A model generated the notes under the pieces. It saw only the letters and a program-made list of their open reading frames with translations. It was not told the origin of the DNA and ran no database searches. This document shows, piece after piece, positions 9,006-17,900 of a stretch of DNA of 64,000 nucleotides; position 1 is the stretch's first letter; every line of letters begins with the position of its first letter. The stretch spans positions 90,876 to 154,875 of the forward strand of contig CAVRDW010000003.1 of assembly GCA_963719995.1 (NCBI GenBank), given 5' to 3'. The stretch comes from an uncultured beta proteobacterium. GTDB lineage: Bacteria; Pseudomonadota; Gammaproteobacteria; Burkholderiales; SG8-39. The translations under genes were made by a program, and so were the position numbers.

Positions 9006-9377
9006 TCAGTACTTCGCCTTGAGGGGGATCACGTGGCGCACGCCGCCGCGCGGGTTGGGCGTGTCGCCCTTGTAGCGCGGAATGACGTGGATGTGCGCGT
9101 GCCAGACCGATTGTCCCGCCGCCTCGCCGCAGTTGGCGCCCACGTTGAAGCCGTCGGGCTTGAAGCGCGCCTCGAGGATCGGCTTCACTGCGCGCACCAG
9201 GCGAAAGCAGCCGTCGAACTCGCCGGCGTCGAGGTCCCAGATCGTCACCACGTGGCGCAGCGGCAGGACGAGGGCGTGGCCGGGGGAGACCGGGTAGGTG
9301 TCGAACACCGCGATCGCCGAGTCGTTGCGCGCGAGGATCTCGCGCTGCGGGCGGCAAAAAATGCAGTCCGTGCTCAT
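9006..9377 (-). CDS. HIT family hydrolase
   Basis: CIFC zinc site, GHALVLP and the HAHIHVIPR histidine triad. Confidence 0.92.
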   Translation of the reverse strand: MSTDCIFCRPQREILARNDSAIAVFDTYPVSPGHALVLPLRHVVTIWDLDAGEFDGCFRLVRAVKPILEARFKPDGFNVGANCGEAAGQSVWHAHIHVIPRYKGDTPNPRGGVRHVIPLKAKY

Positions 9378-9441
9378 GCGAGGCCGCAGCTCGGGTCGCG
9401 CGGCTTCGCAGCCGCCGGCCGCGGGACCGTGCACTCCACAG

Positions 9442-9891
9442 TCATCCAATCACCGTCACCACTACGTTCCTCGTGTGGGGCTGCAGGCGATGCTCCCAGA
9501 GGTAGATGCCCTGCCACGTGCCGAGCGCCAGGCGCCCCTCGGCCACCGGGATCTGCAGCGAGTTCGTCGTCAGCACCGACCTTGCGTGCGCGGCCATGTC
9601 GTCCGGGCCTTCGTCGTCGTGCACGTAGGCGGGGTCGCCGTCGGGCGCGAGGCGCGCGAGGATCGTCTCCAGGTCCTTGCGCACCGCCGGCGCGGCGTTC
9701 TCGCACAGGATCAGCGAGGCGCTGGTGTGCTGCAGGAAGACGTTGCACAGGCCGGTGCGCACGCCCGTGTCGTGCACCGCGCGCTCGACTTCCGCAGTGA
9801 TCTCGGTGGTGCCGCGCCCGCGCGTGCGGAAGGTGAGCGTCGTCTGCGCGGCCAACGCTAGGCCGCCTTCGCCAAGCGCTGCCCGGCGCAC
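9442..9891 (-). CDS. yjbQ: YjbQ/UPF0047 family protein (start may be TTG at 9855)
   Basis: QHTSASL, HDDEGPDDMAAH and LGTWQGIYLWEHR motifs. Confidence 0.88.
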   Translation of the reverse strand: MRRAALGEGGLALAAQTTLTFRTRGRGTTEITAEVERAVHDTGVRTGLCNVFLQHTSASLILCENAAPAVRKDLETILARLAPDGDPAYVHDDEGPDDMAAHARSVLTTNSLQIPVAEGRLALGTWQGIYLWEHRLQPHTRNVVVTVIG

Positions 9892-9904
9892 CCCGCGGCC
9901 ATCG

Positions 9905-10219
9905 CTAAGCCGCCTTCACCAGCCGCTGCTCGGCGCTCTCCACCACCATCGGCGTCATCCACTGCTGGCGCACGGGTGGCGCGTTCCAGCGCTTGGTCAC
10001 CATCGCGATCCACTCCGGCGTGTAGAAGCGCTCGGCGTCCGCTTTCGACTGCCACAGGTAGATGCCCACCAGCGTCTGCCCGTCCTCGGCGATGCCGTAG
10101 TACTTGCGGATCAGCCCCGGGATGCCCTGGTAGGTGTGGGCGGTGGCGTTGATGGTGTTGACGAGGTCCTGCTTGCTGGTGCCCGCGGGCACCTTGAATG
10201 TCCACATGACGGTGTGCAT
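9905..10219 (-). CDS. YdhR-like putative monooxygenase (dimeric alpha/beta barrel)
   Basis: PGLIRKYY...GIYLWQS motif, with an AGGAGG RBS before the ATG at 10219. Confidence 0.75.
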   Translation of the reverse strand: MHTVMWTFKVPAGTSKQDLVNTINATAHTYQGIPGLIRKYYGIAEDGQTLVGIYLWQSKADAERFYTPEWIAMVTKRWNAPPVRQQWMTPMVVESAEQRLVKAA

Positions 10220-10306
10220 GATGGCCTCCTGTGAAGCGGCCATTCTCCACCACGCGTGCCTGCGGACTCAAGTGACCCGGCCGGCGCATCGGCCTCGGGC
10301 GGCCGC

Positions 10307-10612
10307 ATGACGGCGCCCGCCGAATACCGCGAGCGGGCGCTCAAGATCCTGCCGTGGATCTGCGTGCGTTGCGCTCGCGAGTTCCCGGCCTCGCGGCTGC
10401 GCGAGCTGACCGTCCACCACAAGGACGGCAACCACGACCACAACCCGCCCGACGGCTCGAACTGGGAGCTGCTGTGCGTGTACTGCCACGAGAACGAGCA
10501 CGCGCGCGTCGAGGACGCCCGCGCGGGCGGCGGCGGCAAGGAAAAGCCCAAGCCTGCCGCCACGCACAAGCCGCTGGCGGGCCTCGCCGACCTGCTGAAG
10601 CGCAGCAAATAG
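10307..10612 (+). CDS. yajD: YajD-family HNH nuclease
   Basis: YRERALKILPWIC..C.REF...LTVHHKD.NHD.NPPDGSNWELLCVYCHENEH. Confidence 0.9.
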   Translation: MTAPAEYRERALKILPWICVRCAREFPASRLRELTVHHKDGNHDHNPPDGSNWELLCVYCHENEHARVEDARAGGGGKEKPKPAATHKPLAGLADLLKRSK

Positions 10613-10725
10613 CCGTTTCACTTCTGCGGGACAATCGGCGCAATTCGCCATGCGTTTGTAGGCGAGAATGCGCGCGCACATGATGCGAACGCGCCTGCGC
10701 GCATGACGCTGGAATCCCCGCCCCG

Positions 10726-12510
10726 ATGAAGGACCCCGTCGCCGACTGGCTCGAAAAGCTCGCCAAGGCGCTCGCCAACCACGACCTCGGGGGCGCGGCG
10801 GCGCTCTTCGGCGAGGAGTGCTACTGGCGCGACCTCGTCGCCTTCACCTGGACCATCAAGACCTTCGAGGGGCGCGACGAGATCAGGGCGATGCTCGCGG
10901 CGACGCTCGCCGCCACCAGGCCCACGGGATTCGTGCCGCTGGGCGCCGTGGCGACCGAGAACGGCGTCACCGAGGCGTGGTTCGGCTTCGAGACCGTGGT
11001 CGGCCGCGGCACGGGCCACCTGCGCCTGAAGAACGGCAAGGGCTGGACGCTGCTCACCACGCTGCAGGAGCTCAAGGGCTACGAGGAAAGATCCGGCCCC
11101 GCGCGCGAGCGCGGCGTCGAGCACGGCGTGCAGCCGGACCGGCGCTCGTGGCTCGAGCGCCGGCAGCGCGAGCAGGCGGAGCTCGGCGCCGCGCAGCAGC
11201 CCTACGCGCTGATCGTCGGCGGCGGGCAGGGCGGCCTTGCGCTCGCCGCGCGCCTGAAGCGCCTCGGCGTGCCCGCGCTCGTCATCGAGAAGAACGAGCG
11301 CGCGGGCGACTCCTGGCGCAAGCGCTACCGCTCGCTCGTGCTGCACGACCCGGTGTGGTACGACCACATGCCCTACCTGCCGTTTCCCGACCACTGGCCG
11401 GTCTTCACGCCCAAGGACAAGATGGGCGACTGGCTGGAGATGTACGCGCGCGTGATGGAGCTCGATGTATGGACCTCGGCCAAGTGCGTGAAGGCCGACT
11501 GGCACGAGTCCTCCGGCGAGTGGCGCGTGCAGGTGAATCGCGGCGGGCAGTTGGTGATCCTGCGGCCGAGGCAGCTGGTGCTCGCCACCGGCATGTCGGG
11601 CTTTCCGCACGTGCCGCAGATTCCAGGCGCGGAGATGTTTGCCGGGCACCTGTGCCACTCGAGCCAGTTCGACGGCGGCGAGGCCTGGCGCGGCCGCAAC
11701 TGCGTCGTCCTCGGCGCGAACAACTCCGCGCACGACATCGCCGCGGACCTCTGGGAGCACGGCGCCAGTGAAGTCACCATGGTGCAGCGCTCCTCCACCG
11801 TGGTGGTCACCTCCGACGCCCTCATGGAGCACGCCTGGGGGCGGCTGTATTCCGAGCAGGCGCTCGAATCGGGCATCACCACCGAGATCGCCGACCTCAC
11901 GGTGGCCTCGGTGCCCTTCAGGCTGCTGCCTTCGTTCCAGAAGCCGATCTACGAAGCGATCAGGAAGCGCGACGCGAACCTCTACGAGGGGCTATCGAAA
12001 GTCGGGTTCCAGTACGACTTCGGCGAGGACGGCTCGGGAATCCACTCGACCTACCTGCGCCGCGGCGCGGGCTACTACATCGACGTCGGCGCCTCGCAGC
12101 TCGTGGTGGACGGCAGCATCAAGCTGAAGAGCCCCGCGGGGATCGCGCGCATCGCCGAGCACTCGGTGGCGCTCACGGACGGCACGGTGCTGCCCGCCGA
12201 CCTCATCGTCCTTGCGACCGGCTACGGCTCGATGAACCAGTGGGCGGCGGAGCTGATCTCGCCCGAGGTGGCGGCGCGCGTGGGCAAGTGCTGGGGCCTG
12301 GGCTCGGAGACGCGCCACGACCCGGGGCCGTGGGTGGGGGAGCTGCGCAACATGTGGAAGCCCACCCAGCAGCCGGGCCTGTGGTTCATGGGCGGCAACC
12401 TGATGCAGGCGCGCCACTACTCGCTCTACCTCGCGCTGCAGCTCAAGGCGCGCTACGAGGCGATCCCGACGCCGGTGTACTTCGTCGACGAAGTCCACCA
12501 CCCCGCCTGA
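10726..12510 (+). CDS. Flavin-containing monooxygenase with an N-terminal NTF2/SnoaL-like domain
   Basis: WRDLVAFTW N-domain, GGGQGG FAD motif, F.G...HSS.F FMO motif, GANNSAHD and ATGY. Confidence 0.9.
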   Translation: MKDPVADWLEKLAKALANHDLGGAAALFGEECYWRDLVAFTWTIKTFEGRDEIRAMLAATLAATRPTGFVPLGAVATENGVTEAWFGFETVVGRGTGHLRLKNGKGWTLLTTLQELKGYEERSGPARERGVEHGVQPDRRSWLERRQREQAELGAAQQPYALIVGGGQGGLALAARLKRLGVPALVIEKNERAGDSWRKRYRSLVLHDPVWYDHMPYLPFPDHWPVFTPKDKMGDWLEMYARVMELDVWTSAKCVKADWHESSGEWRVQVNRGGQLVILRPRQLVLATGMSGFPHVPQIPGAEMFAGHLCHSSQFDGGEAWRGRNCVVLGANNSAHDIAADLWEHGASEVTMVQRSSTVVVTSDALMEHAWGRLYSEQALESGITTEIADLTVASVPFRLLPSFQKPIYEAIRKRDANLYEGLSKVGFQYDFGEDGSGIHSTYLRRGAGYYIDVGASQLVVDGSIKLKSPAGIARIAEHSVALTDGTVLPADLIVLATGYGSMNQWAAELISPEVAARVGKCWGLGSETRHDPGPWVGELRNMWKPTQQPGLWFMGGNLMQARHYSLYLALQLKARYEAIPTPVYFVDEVHHPA

Positions 12511-12570
12511 AAATTGGGGTCAGGGCCGAATTTTCTCCCGGAGAAATAATTCGGCCCTGACCCCAATTTT
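12510..12570. repeat. REP-like inverted repeat pair between convergent stop codons
   Basis: AAAATTGGGGTCAGGGCCGAATT ... AATTCGGCCCTGACCCCAATTTT. Confidence 0.9.
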
Positions 12571-13310
12571 CAGTACAGCGCGCTGGCGAGCTTGCGGCGG
12601 TATTCGGAGACGAGCTCCGGCTGGTTGGTGGCGAGGTTGAAGAGGTTGAGGAGCTGCTTGCGCGCCTCGCCTTCCTTGAAGTCCTTCGCGCGGCGCACGA
12701 TCTCGACGAGCTCGTCCATCGCCTCGCGGTAGCGCTTGCTCCCGGCATAGAGCCCCGCGAGCGCGAGGCGCGCCTCGTGGTCGGCGGGGTTCGCGGCGAG
12801 CTTCGCCTTCAATTCGTCCACGCCGGGCCCGCTTTTGCCCGCGCGCGCGTAGGCGATGCCTTGCTTCAGCGCCTCGATGCGCGCCTCGTAGTCCGGGTCG
12901 AACTTCACCTTGGCGAGCTCGGCATCGGCCTCGTCGAGCTTGCCGCCCGCGTAGAGCGCCTCCGCGCGCGCGAGCGCGAGCTCGGAGGCGGAGGGCAGGA
13001 GCTTCTCGAAGAACGCGCGCACCTGGCCTTCGGGCTGGGCGCCCATGAATTGCGACACCGCCTTGCCGTCCTTGAAGGCGATGACGTTGGGGATCGAGCG
13101 GATGCCGAAGGCCTGCGAGAGCTCCTGGTTGTCGTCGGAGTTGATCTTCACGAGCTTTACGCGGCCCGCGTAGTCCTTCGCCACCTTCTCCAGGATCGGC
13201 GTGAGCGAGCGGCAGGGCCCGCACCACGGCGCCCAGAAGTCGGCGACGACGGGCGTGGTCTTCGAGGCTTCCAGCACCTCGCGCTCAAAGGTGGGTGTGG
13301 TGACGTCCAT
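12570..13310 (-). CDS. cnoX: Thioredoxin-TPR co-chaperone (CnoX/YbbN family)
   Basis: DFWAPWCGPC thioredoxin domain followed by TPR helices ending YRRKLASALY. Confidence 0.88.
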   Translation of the reverse strand: MDVTTPTFEREVLEASKTTPVVADFWAPWCGPCRSLTPILEKVAKDYAGRVKLVKINSDDNQELSQAFGIRSIPNVIAFKDGKAVSQFMGAQPEGQVRAFFEKLLPSASELALARAEALYAGGKLDEADAELAKVKFDPDYEARIEALKQGIAYARAGKSGPGVDELKAKLAANPADHEARLALAGLYAGSKRYREAMDELVEIVRRAKDFKEGEARKQLLNLFNLATNQPELVSEYRRKLASALY

Positions 13311-13417
13311 TGCGACCAATGTGAGGCTAAACGAGTCCCAGTTCAACCCTCGGCAGGACAGGGACTTGGAAGCGGCGAGTGCACACGACCCGCGCGGCGC
13401 GCGAATTCGCGAAACTC

Positions 13418-13431
13418 TTGATCTGGATTAA
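13418..13431. promoter_or_regulatory. FNR/CRP-family binding site candidate TTGAT-CTGG-ATTAA
   Basis: One mismatch to TTGAT-N4-ATCAA, in an AT-rich patch, centred ~60 bp upstream of the predicted +1 at 13484. Confidence 0.55.
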
Positions 13432-13449
13432 ATGAACGCCAACTCGCCG

Positions 13450-13477
13450 TTGACGCGCCGCGCGCCGGTGGTATCGT
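13450..13477 (+). promoter_or_regulatory. sigma70 promoter TTGACG-16bp-TATCGT with extended -10 TG
   Basis: Near-consensus hexamers in an intergenic region. Predicted +1 at G13484. Confidence 0.65.
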
Positions 13478-13483
13478 GGAATC

Positions 13484-13659
13484 GGACCAACGAGGGCAGC
13501 CGGAGCATCGGCCGCAGTCGCGAAACTCCTGGCGATCAGTTGGGATAGCGCCCCTCACGAGGTCCAAGCGCGGCAACCCCGCGCATTCAAGAGCGCCCAC
13601 AAAGCGCTGCCCGTGAACTCGGGCAACAGGCCCCGCAGATAAGCGGGGCCTTTCATTTT
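13484..13659 (+). ncRNA. Candidate orphan structured small RNA (~175 nt), family not recognised
   Basis: Bounded by a promoter and an intrinsic terminator. It has a multi-branched 5' domain (GGACC/GGTCC, GAGGG/CCCTC) plus three short hairpins. No credible CDS and no downstream same-strand gene. Confidence 0.6.
13628..13659 (+). terminator. Intrinsic terminator
   Basis: AGGCCCCGC-agataa-GCGGGGCCT followed by TTCATTTT. Confidence 0.8.
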
Positions 13660-13692
13660 GGGGGCCTGCTTCGAGCGGCGCCGCCGCGATCG

Positions 13693-14538
13693 CTACACGC
13701 GCGCGAGCAGCCGCTCCCAGCCTTCGTCCACCTCGCTCTGCAGCGTCTGCACCGCGGATTCGTCCAGCCCGCGGTAGCGGCGCTGCACCTGCAGGTAGTC
13801 GCGCACCGGCCGCGTCTTGGGCGGCCCGTTCAGCGTATAGCGGCGTCCGTCCTCGACCTCGTAGAGGGGAAAGACGCCCGATTCCACCGCGAGGCGCGTG
13901 AGGGCGAGGCCCTGGTCCTCCGGCACCCCCCAGCCGTCGAGGCACGGCACGAGCAGCGTGATGATCCTGAAGCCGCGCATCGCTTTGGCCTTCTCCACCT
14001 TGCGCAGGAAATCCGGCAGGTAGCCCGCCGACGCGGTCGCCGCGTAAGGCACTTCGTGGGCGGCCATGATCTCGGTGAGGTTCTTCTTCTTCGAGGGCTT
14101 GCCCGCGGGCGTGGAGCCGGTGCGCGCGAAGTGCGGCGTGGAAGAGGACTTCTGCGCGCCGGTGTTCATGTAGCCCTCGTTGTCGAAGCAGACGTAGAGG
14201 ATGTTCTCGTTCCTCTCGGCGGCCGACGACAGGCACTGGAAGCCGATGTCGTAGGTGCCGCCGTCGCCCGCGAACACCACCACCTGCGTGTCCTTCTTCC
14301 CGAGCGCATCGAGCGCGCGGCGCAGCCCCGAGGCCGAAGCCGCCGACGTGGCGAGCGGCGGCTGGTACACCGGGATGCGCAGGCCGGAGAGCGGCTGCGG
14401 CCCGGCGATGATCGCGAGGCAGGAAGGCGGGATCACCGCCACCGTGTCGGGGCCGAGCGCGGCGAGCGCGTGCCGCAGCGAGAGCGCCTCGATGCAACCC
14501 GGGCAGGCCGCGTGGCCCGAGCAGAGCAGATCGCTCAT
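13693..14538 (-). CDS. 2-oxoacid:acceptor oxidoreductase beta (TPP-binding) subunit
   Basis: GHAACPGC and the GDGGTYDIG...DNEGYMNTG TPP motif. Confidence 0.9.
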   Translation of the reverse strand: MSDLLCSGHAACPGCIEALSLRHALAALGPDTVAVIPPSCLAIIAGPQPLSGLRIPVYQPPLATSAASASGLRRALDALGKKDTQVVVFAGDGGTYDIGFQCLSSAAERNENILYVCFDNEGYMNTGAQKSSSTPHFARTGSTPAGKPSKKKNLTEIMAAHEVPYAATASAGYLPDFLRKVEKAKAMRGFRIITLLVPCLDGWGVPEDQGLALTRLAVESGVFPLYEVEDGRRYTLNGPPKTRPVRDYLQVQRRYRGLDESAVQTLQSEVDEGWERLLARV

Positions 14539-15719
14539 CACGCCCACAGCGCCTCCGCCTTCGGTTGCGCATCGCCCGCGCGGCGCGCGAGCTCCACGAT
14601 CTTCGCCGGCGGCACGTTCACGCCGCCCACGCCCGCGAGATAGCCGTGCACGCGCGGCGCATCCGGCATGCCGTAGAGCGCGCCGCGCAGCTCCTGGTGC
14701 AGCACGCCGCCCGCGCCGGGCGAGAAGTTCCTGTCCAGCACCACGACGTCTCTCACGCCCGCGAGCGCTTCGCGCAAGGCGGCCCCCGGCAGCGGCCGGA
14801 ACAGGCGCACTTTGAGAAGGCCCGCCGCCACGCCCGCATCGCGCAGCGCATCCACCGCTTCGCGCGCGGTGCCGCACATGCTGCCCATGGTGACGATGAC
14901 CGTCTGCGCGCCGTCGCAGCGGTAGCGCTCGAGGATGCCCCAGCCGCGCCCGGTGCGCGCGCGCCACTCGCGATCGGCCGCGAGCGCCGCCGCCGGCACC
15001 TGGTCCATCGCTTCGCCGATGGCGCGGCGGTGACGCATGTACATGTCCTGGGTGACGACATTGCCCCACGATTCGCCGCGCGCCGGATCGAGCAGGTGCT
15101 CCGGCGCGTAAGGCGGGAGGTAGGCGTCCACGAGCGCCTGCTCCGGCACGCGCACCGGCTCGAGCGCGTGCGAGACGTAGAAGGCGTCCAGGTTGATCAT
15201 CACCGGCAGGCTCACCTGCTCGGCGATGCGATAGGCCTGCAGCACCGTGTCCAGGGCTTCCTGCGCCGACTCCACGTAGAGCTGCACCCAGCCGGTGTCG
15301 CGCTGCGCGATGCTGTCGGTCTGGTCGGGCCAGAAGGCCCAGGGCGAGGCGATGGTGCGGTTCACGTTCGCCATCACGATCGGCGCGCGCGCGCCGCTCG
15401 CATAGTGCAGCACCTCGTGCATCAGCATCAGGCCCTGCGAGGCGGTGGCGGTGAACACGCGCGCGCCGGCGAGCGAGGCCGGGATGCAGGCCGCCATCAC
15501 CGAGTGCTCGGATTCGGGAGTGAGGAACTCGGCATCGAGCTCGCCCGCGGCCTGGAACTCGGTGAGCAGCTCGAGCACCGGCGTCTGCGGCGTGATCGGA
15601 TACACCGGCACCACCTGCGGGCGCGCGAGCCGCGCGCCCCAGGCCACCGCGTGGTTGCCCGTCAGCAGCATGCGCTTCTCTGCGCCAGTCGTTGCGGCGC
15701 CTGCCATCGCGGCGCTCAT
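14538..15719 (-). CDS. 2-oxoacid:acceptor oxidoreductase alpha subunit
   Basis: GNHAVA, YPITPQT, ESEHS and ATASQGL motifs. Confidence 0.9.
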   Translation of the reverse strand: MSAAMAGAATTGAEKRMLLTGNHAVAWGARLARPQVVPVYPITPQTPVLELLTEFQAAGELDAEFLTPESEHSVMAACIPASLAGARVFTATASQGLMLMHEVLHYASGARAPIVMANVNRTIASPWAFWPDQTDSIAQRDTGWVQLYVESAQEALDTVLQAYRIAEQVSLPVMINLDAFYVSHALEPVRVPEQALVDAYLPPYAPEHLLDPARGESWGNVVTQDMYMRHRRAIGEAMDQVPAAALAADREWRARTGRGWGILERYRCDGAQTVIVTMGSMCGTAREAVDALRDAGVAAGLLKVRLFRPLPGAALREALAGVRDVVVLDRNFSPGAGGVLHQELRGALYGMPDAPRVHGYLAGVGGVNVPPAKIVELARRAGDAQPKAEALWA

Positions 15720-17308
15720 CGCGCCTCCTCGTACATCGCCACCGAGCCGGTGGGGCATTCGCGCACGCACAGGCCGCAGCCCTTGCAGTACTTGTCGTCG
15801 ATGGCGTAGCCGCCGTTGGCGCGCCGCACCGCCATGTCCGGGCAGGCGGTGAAGCAGTTGTCGCAGAAGGTGCACTCGCCGCAGGAAAAGCAGCGCGCGG
15901 CTTCCGCGAGCGCCTGCTCGATCTGCGCGGCGGCCTCGCGTCCGCCCTCGGCGCGCGGCGCGCGCGCGTGGTACCAGGTGTTGATGGCGGCGTAGGGCAC
16001 CGGCGGCCGCGCTTCGGTCTCCTGCGGCGCCTCCGGCTCGCCGCGGAGCCGGCGGTCGATCTCGAGCGCGGCGCGCTTGCCCATGCCGATCGCATGCGTG
16101 ACGAAGCGCTGCAGGCTCGCCGCGTCGCCCCCCGCGAACACGCCATCGCACGGCGTCGCCCCGCGCGCGTCGGCCGGGATCAGCGCGCCGGTGGGCGCGA
16201 GCCAGCGCAACGGCGCGAGCGCCGGGTCCTGGCCGATCGCCGTCACCACTGCATCGGCCCGCAGAGGGAACTCGGTGCCGGGCAGCACGTCCACGCGGCC
16301 GTCCTCGAACTTCACGCGGGTGCAGTCGAGCCGCAGGCCTGCGCCGTCGCGCGCGGCCGCGCGCAGCATCGCGCCATCGGCCAGTTGCACGCCTTCGTCC
16401 AGTGCCTCGAGCACCTCTTCGCGCTGCGCGGGCATCTGCGCCTCCGATTCGAGCGCGAGCACCGTGACCTCGTGGCCGGCGCGGCGTGCGCTGCGCGCGA
16501 CGTCCATCGCGGCGCTGCCGCCGCCGATCACGGCGATGTGTTGCCCGAGCGCGGGCGGCCTGCCGGCGTTCGCCTGCGCAAGGTAGCTCGCGCCGTCCAT
16601 GACCCAGGGCGCGCCATAGTCGAGTTGCGAGAGGCGCTTGGGCACGCCCGCGCCGAGCGCGAGAACCACCGCGTCGAACTCCGCGCGCAGGCGCTGGTAG
16701 TCTTCTTCGCGCTCGAGCGCAGCGCCCGTGCGCACTTCCACGCCGAGCGCGAGGATCCGCTCGATCTCGCCGTCCAGCACGGCGCGCGGCAGGCGATAGG
16801 GTGGAATGCCATGGCGCAGCAGGCCGCCGAGCTCGCTTTGCGCTTCGAAAAGCGTCACTGCGTAGCCGCGGCGGCGCAGATGGTAGGCCGCCGAGAGGCC
16901 CGAGGGGCCGCCGCCGACGATCGCTACGCGGCCCGCACCCTGCGGCGCCGGCGGGTAGCGCCAGCCCTCGGCGAGCGCGCGCTCGCCGACGTGGCGCTCG
17001 AGCGCGCAGATGGCGAGCGCGCCGTCGTAGCTGCCGCGGTTGCAGGCACTCTCGCAGGGGTGGTGGCATACCCGACCAGCCACCGCGGGAAAGGGATTGT
17101 GTTCGCTGAGAGTCGTCCATGCGCCATGCCAGTCTCCTATCCTTGCCTGCTGCATCCAGCGCGCGATGTCGCCGTTCACCGGGCAGGCGAGCCGGCAGGG
17201 CGACGGCGTCTTCGCGTACGCCGGCAGCGCCGCGCGCCAGGTGCCGGTGCGGATCGCCTCGGTGGTGCCGGTGGTCCAGGTGGGCGGCGGGAGTGCAGGC
17301 GAATTCAT
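15716..17308 (-). CDS. GltD/SudA-like FAD/NAD(P) oxidoreductase fused to a C-terminal 2x[4Fe-4S] (delta-like) ferredoxin
   Basis: PC..ACP, GRVCHHPCE..C, GGGPSG, GGGSAAMD, then C-terminal CTFCDNCFTACP and CKGCGLCVRECP. Confidence 0.88.
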   Translation of the reverse strand: MNSPALPPPTWTTGTTEAIRTGTWRAALPAYAKTPSPCRLACPVNGDIARWMQQARIGDWHGAWTTLSEHNPFPAVAGRVCHHPCESACNRGSYDGALAICALERHVGERALAEGWRYPPAPQGAGRVAIVGGGPSGLSAAYHLRRRGYAVTLFEAQSELGGLLRHGIPPYRLPRAVLDGEIERILALGVEVRTGAALEREEDYQRLRAEFDAVVLALGAGVPKRLSQLDYGAPWVMDGASYLAQANAGRPPALGQHIAVIGGGSAAMDVARSARRAGHEVTVLALESEAQMPAQREEVLEALDEGVQLADGAMLRAAARDGAGLRLDCTRVKFEDGRVDVLPGTEFPLRADAVVTAIGQDPALAPLRWLAPTGALIPADARGATPCDGVFAGGDAASLQRFVTHAIGMGKRAALEIDRRLRGEPEAPQETEARPPVPYAAINTWYHARAPRAEGGREAAAQIEQALAEAARCFSCGECTFCDNCFTACPDMAVRRANGGYAIDDKYCKGCGLCVRECPTGSVAMYEEAR

Positions 17309-17862
17309 GCGGCCACCCGGGCGAGCTGCGCCTCGATCCTGCGGTAGCCTTCCACGCAGGCCGCCGCGTTCTCGCGCGCGTTCTTCGGCGCTTCTTCGGC
17401 GATCGACGCTTCGAGCGTTTCCAATGACGGCGCGCCCACGGCGCAGGCGAGCGCGCCGAGCAGCGCCGAGTTCACCATGCGCCCGAGGCCGTTACGCTGC
17501 GCGACCTCCAGACCGTCCACCGGCAGCACGCGGTAGCCGGGGAGGACCTGCGCGAAGTGCTCCGGCGGCTGGCGCGAATTCACCACGATGAGCGTCCTCG
17601 GCGTGGCGGTGGCGAGGAACCTGCCTTCGAGGAGGCTCGCGTCGAAGCAAAGCAGCGCGTCGGCCGCCTCGATGTCGCATCGGAGGCGAATGGGCTTGTC
17701 GTCCACCCGGATGAAGGAGCTGACCGGCGTCCCGCGCCGCGCGCCGCCGTAGGTGGCGAAGCTCTGCACCTCGCGGCCCTCGGCGAAGAACGCCGCGGCG
17801 AGCAGCGTCCCCGCCAGCTGCGCCCCTTGCCCGCCCCGCCCCTGGATGATGATCTGGAGCAT
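17305..17862 (-). CDS. 2-oxoacid:acceptor oxidoreductase gamma subunit
   Basis: GRGGQGA...YGGARRGTPV...NSALLGA. Confidence 0.9.
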   Translation of the reverse strand: MLQIIIQGRGGQGAQLAGTLLAAAFFAEGREVQSFATYGGARRGTPVSSFIRVDDKPIRLRCDIEAADALLCFDASLLEGRFLATATPRTLIVVNSRQPPEHFAQVLPGYRVLPVDGLEVAQRNGLGRMVNSALLGALACAVGAPSLETLEASIAEEAPKNARENAAACVEGYRRIEAQLARVAA

Positions 17863-17900
17863 GCGAATGCCCCAGCATGCACGCCCCCGGGCGGGGGACT

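Noticed and set aside
13484-13659. Riboswitch, tmRNA, SRP or 6S RNA identity for the intergenic structure
   Set aside because: There is no downstream same-strand gene, no tRNA-like ends or tag frame, no SRP GGAA tetraloop motif and no long central-bubble rod. Left as an unassigned sRNA candidate.
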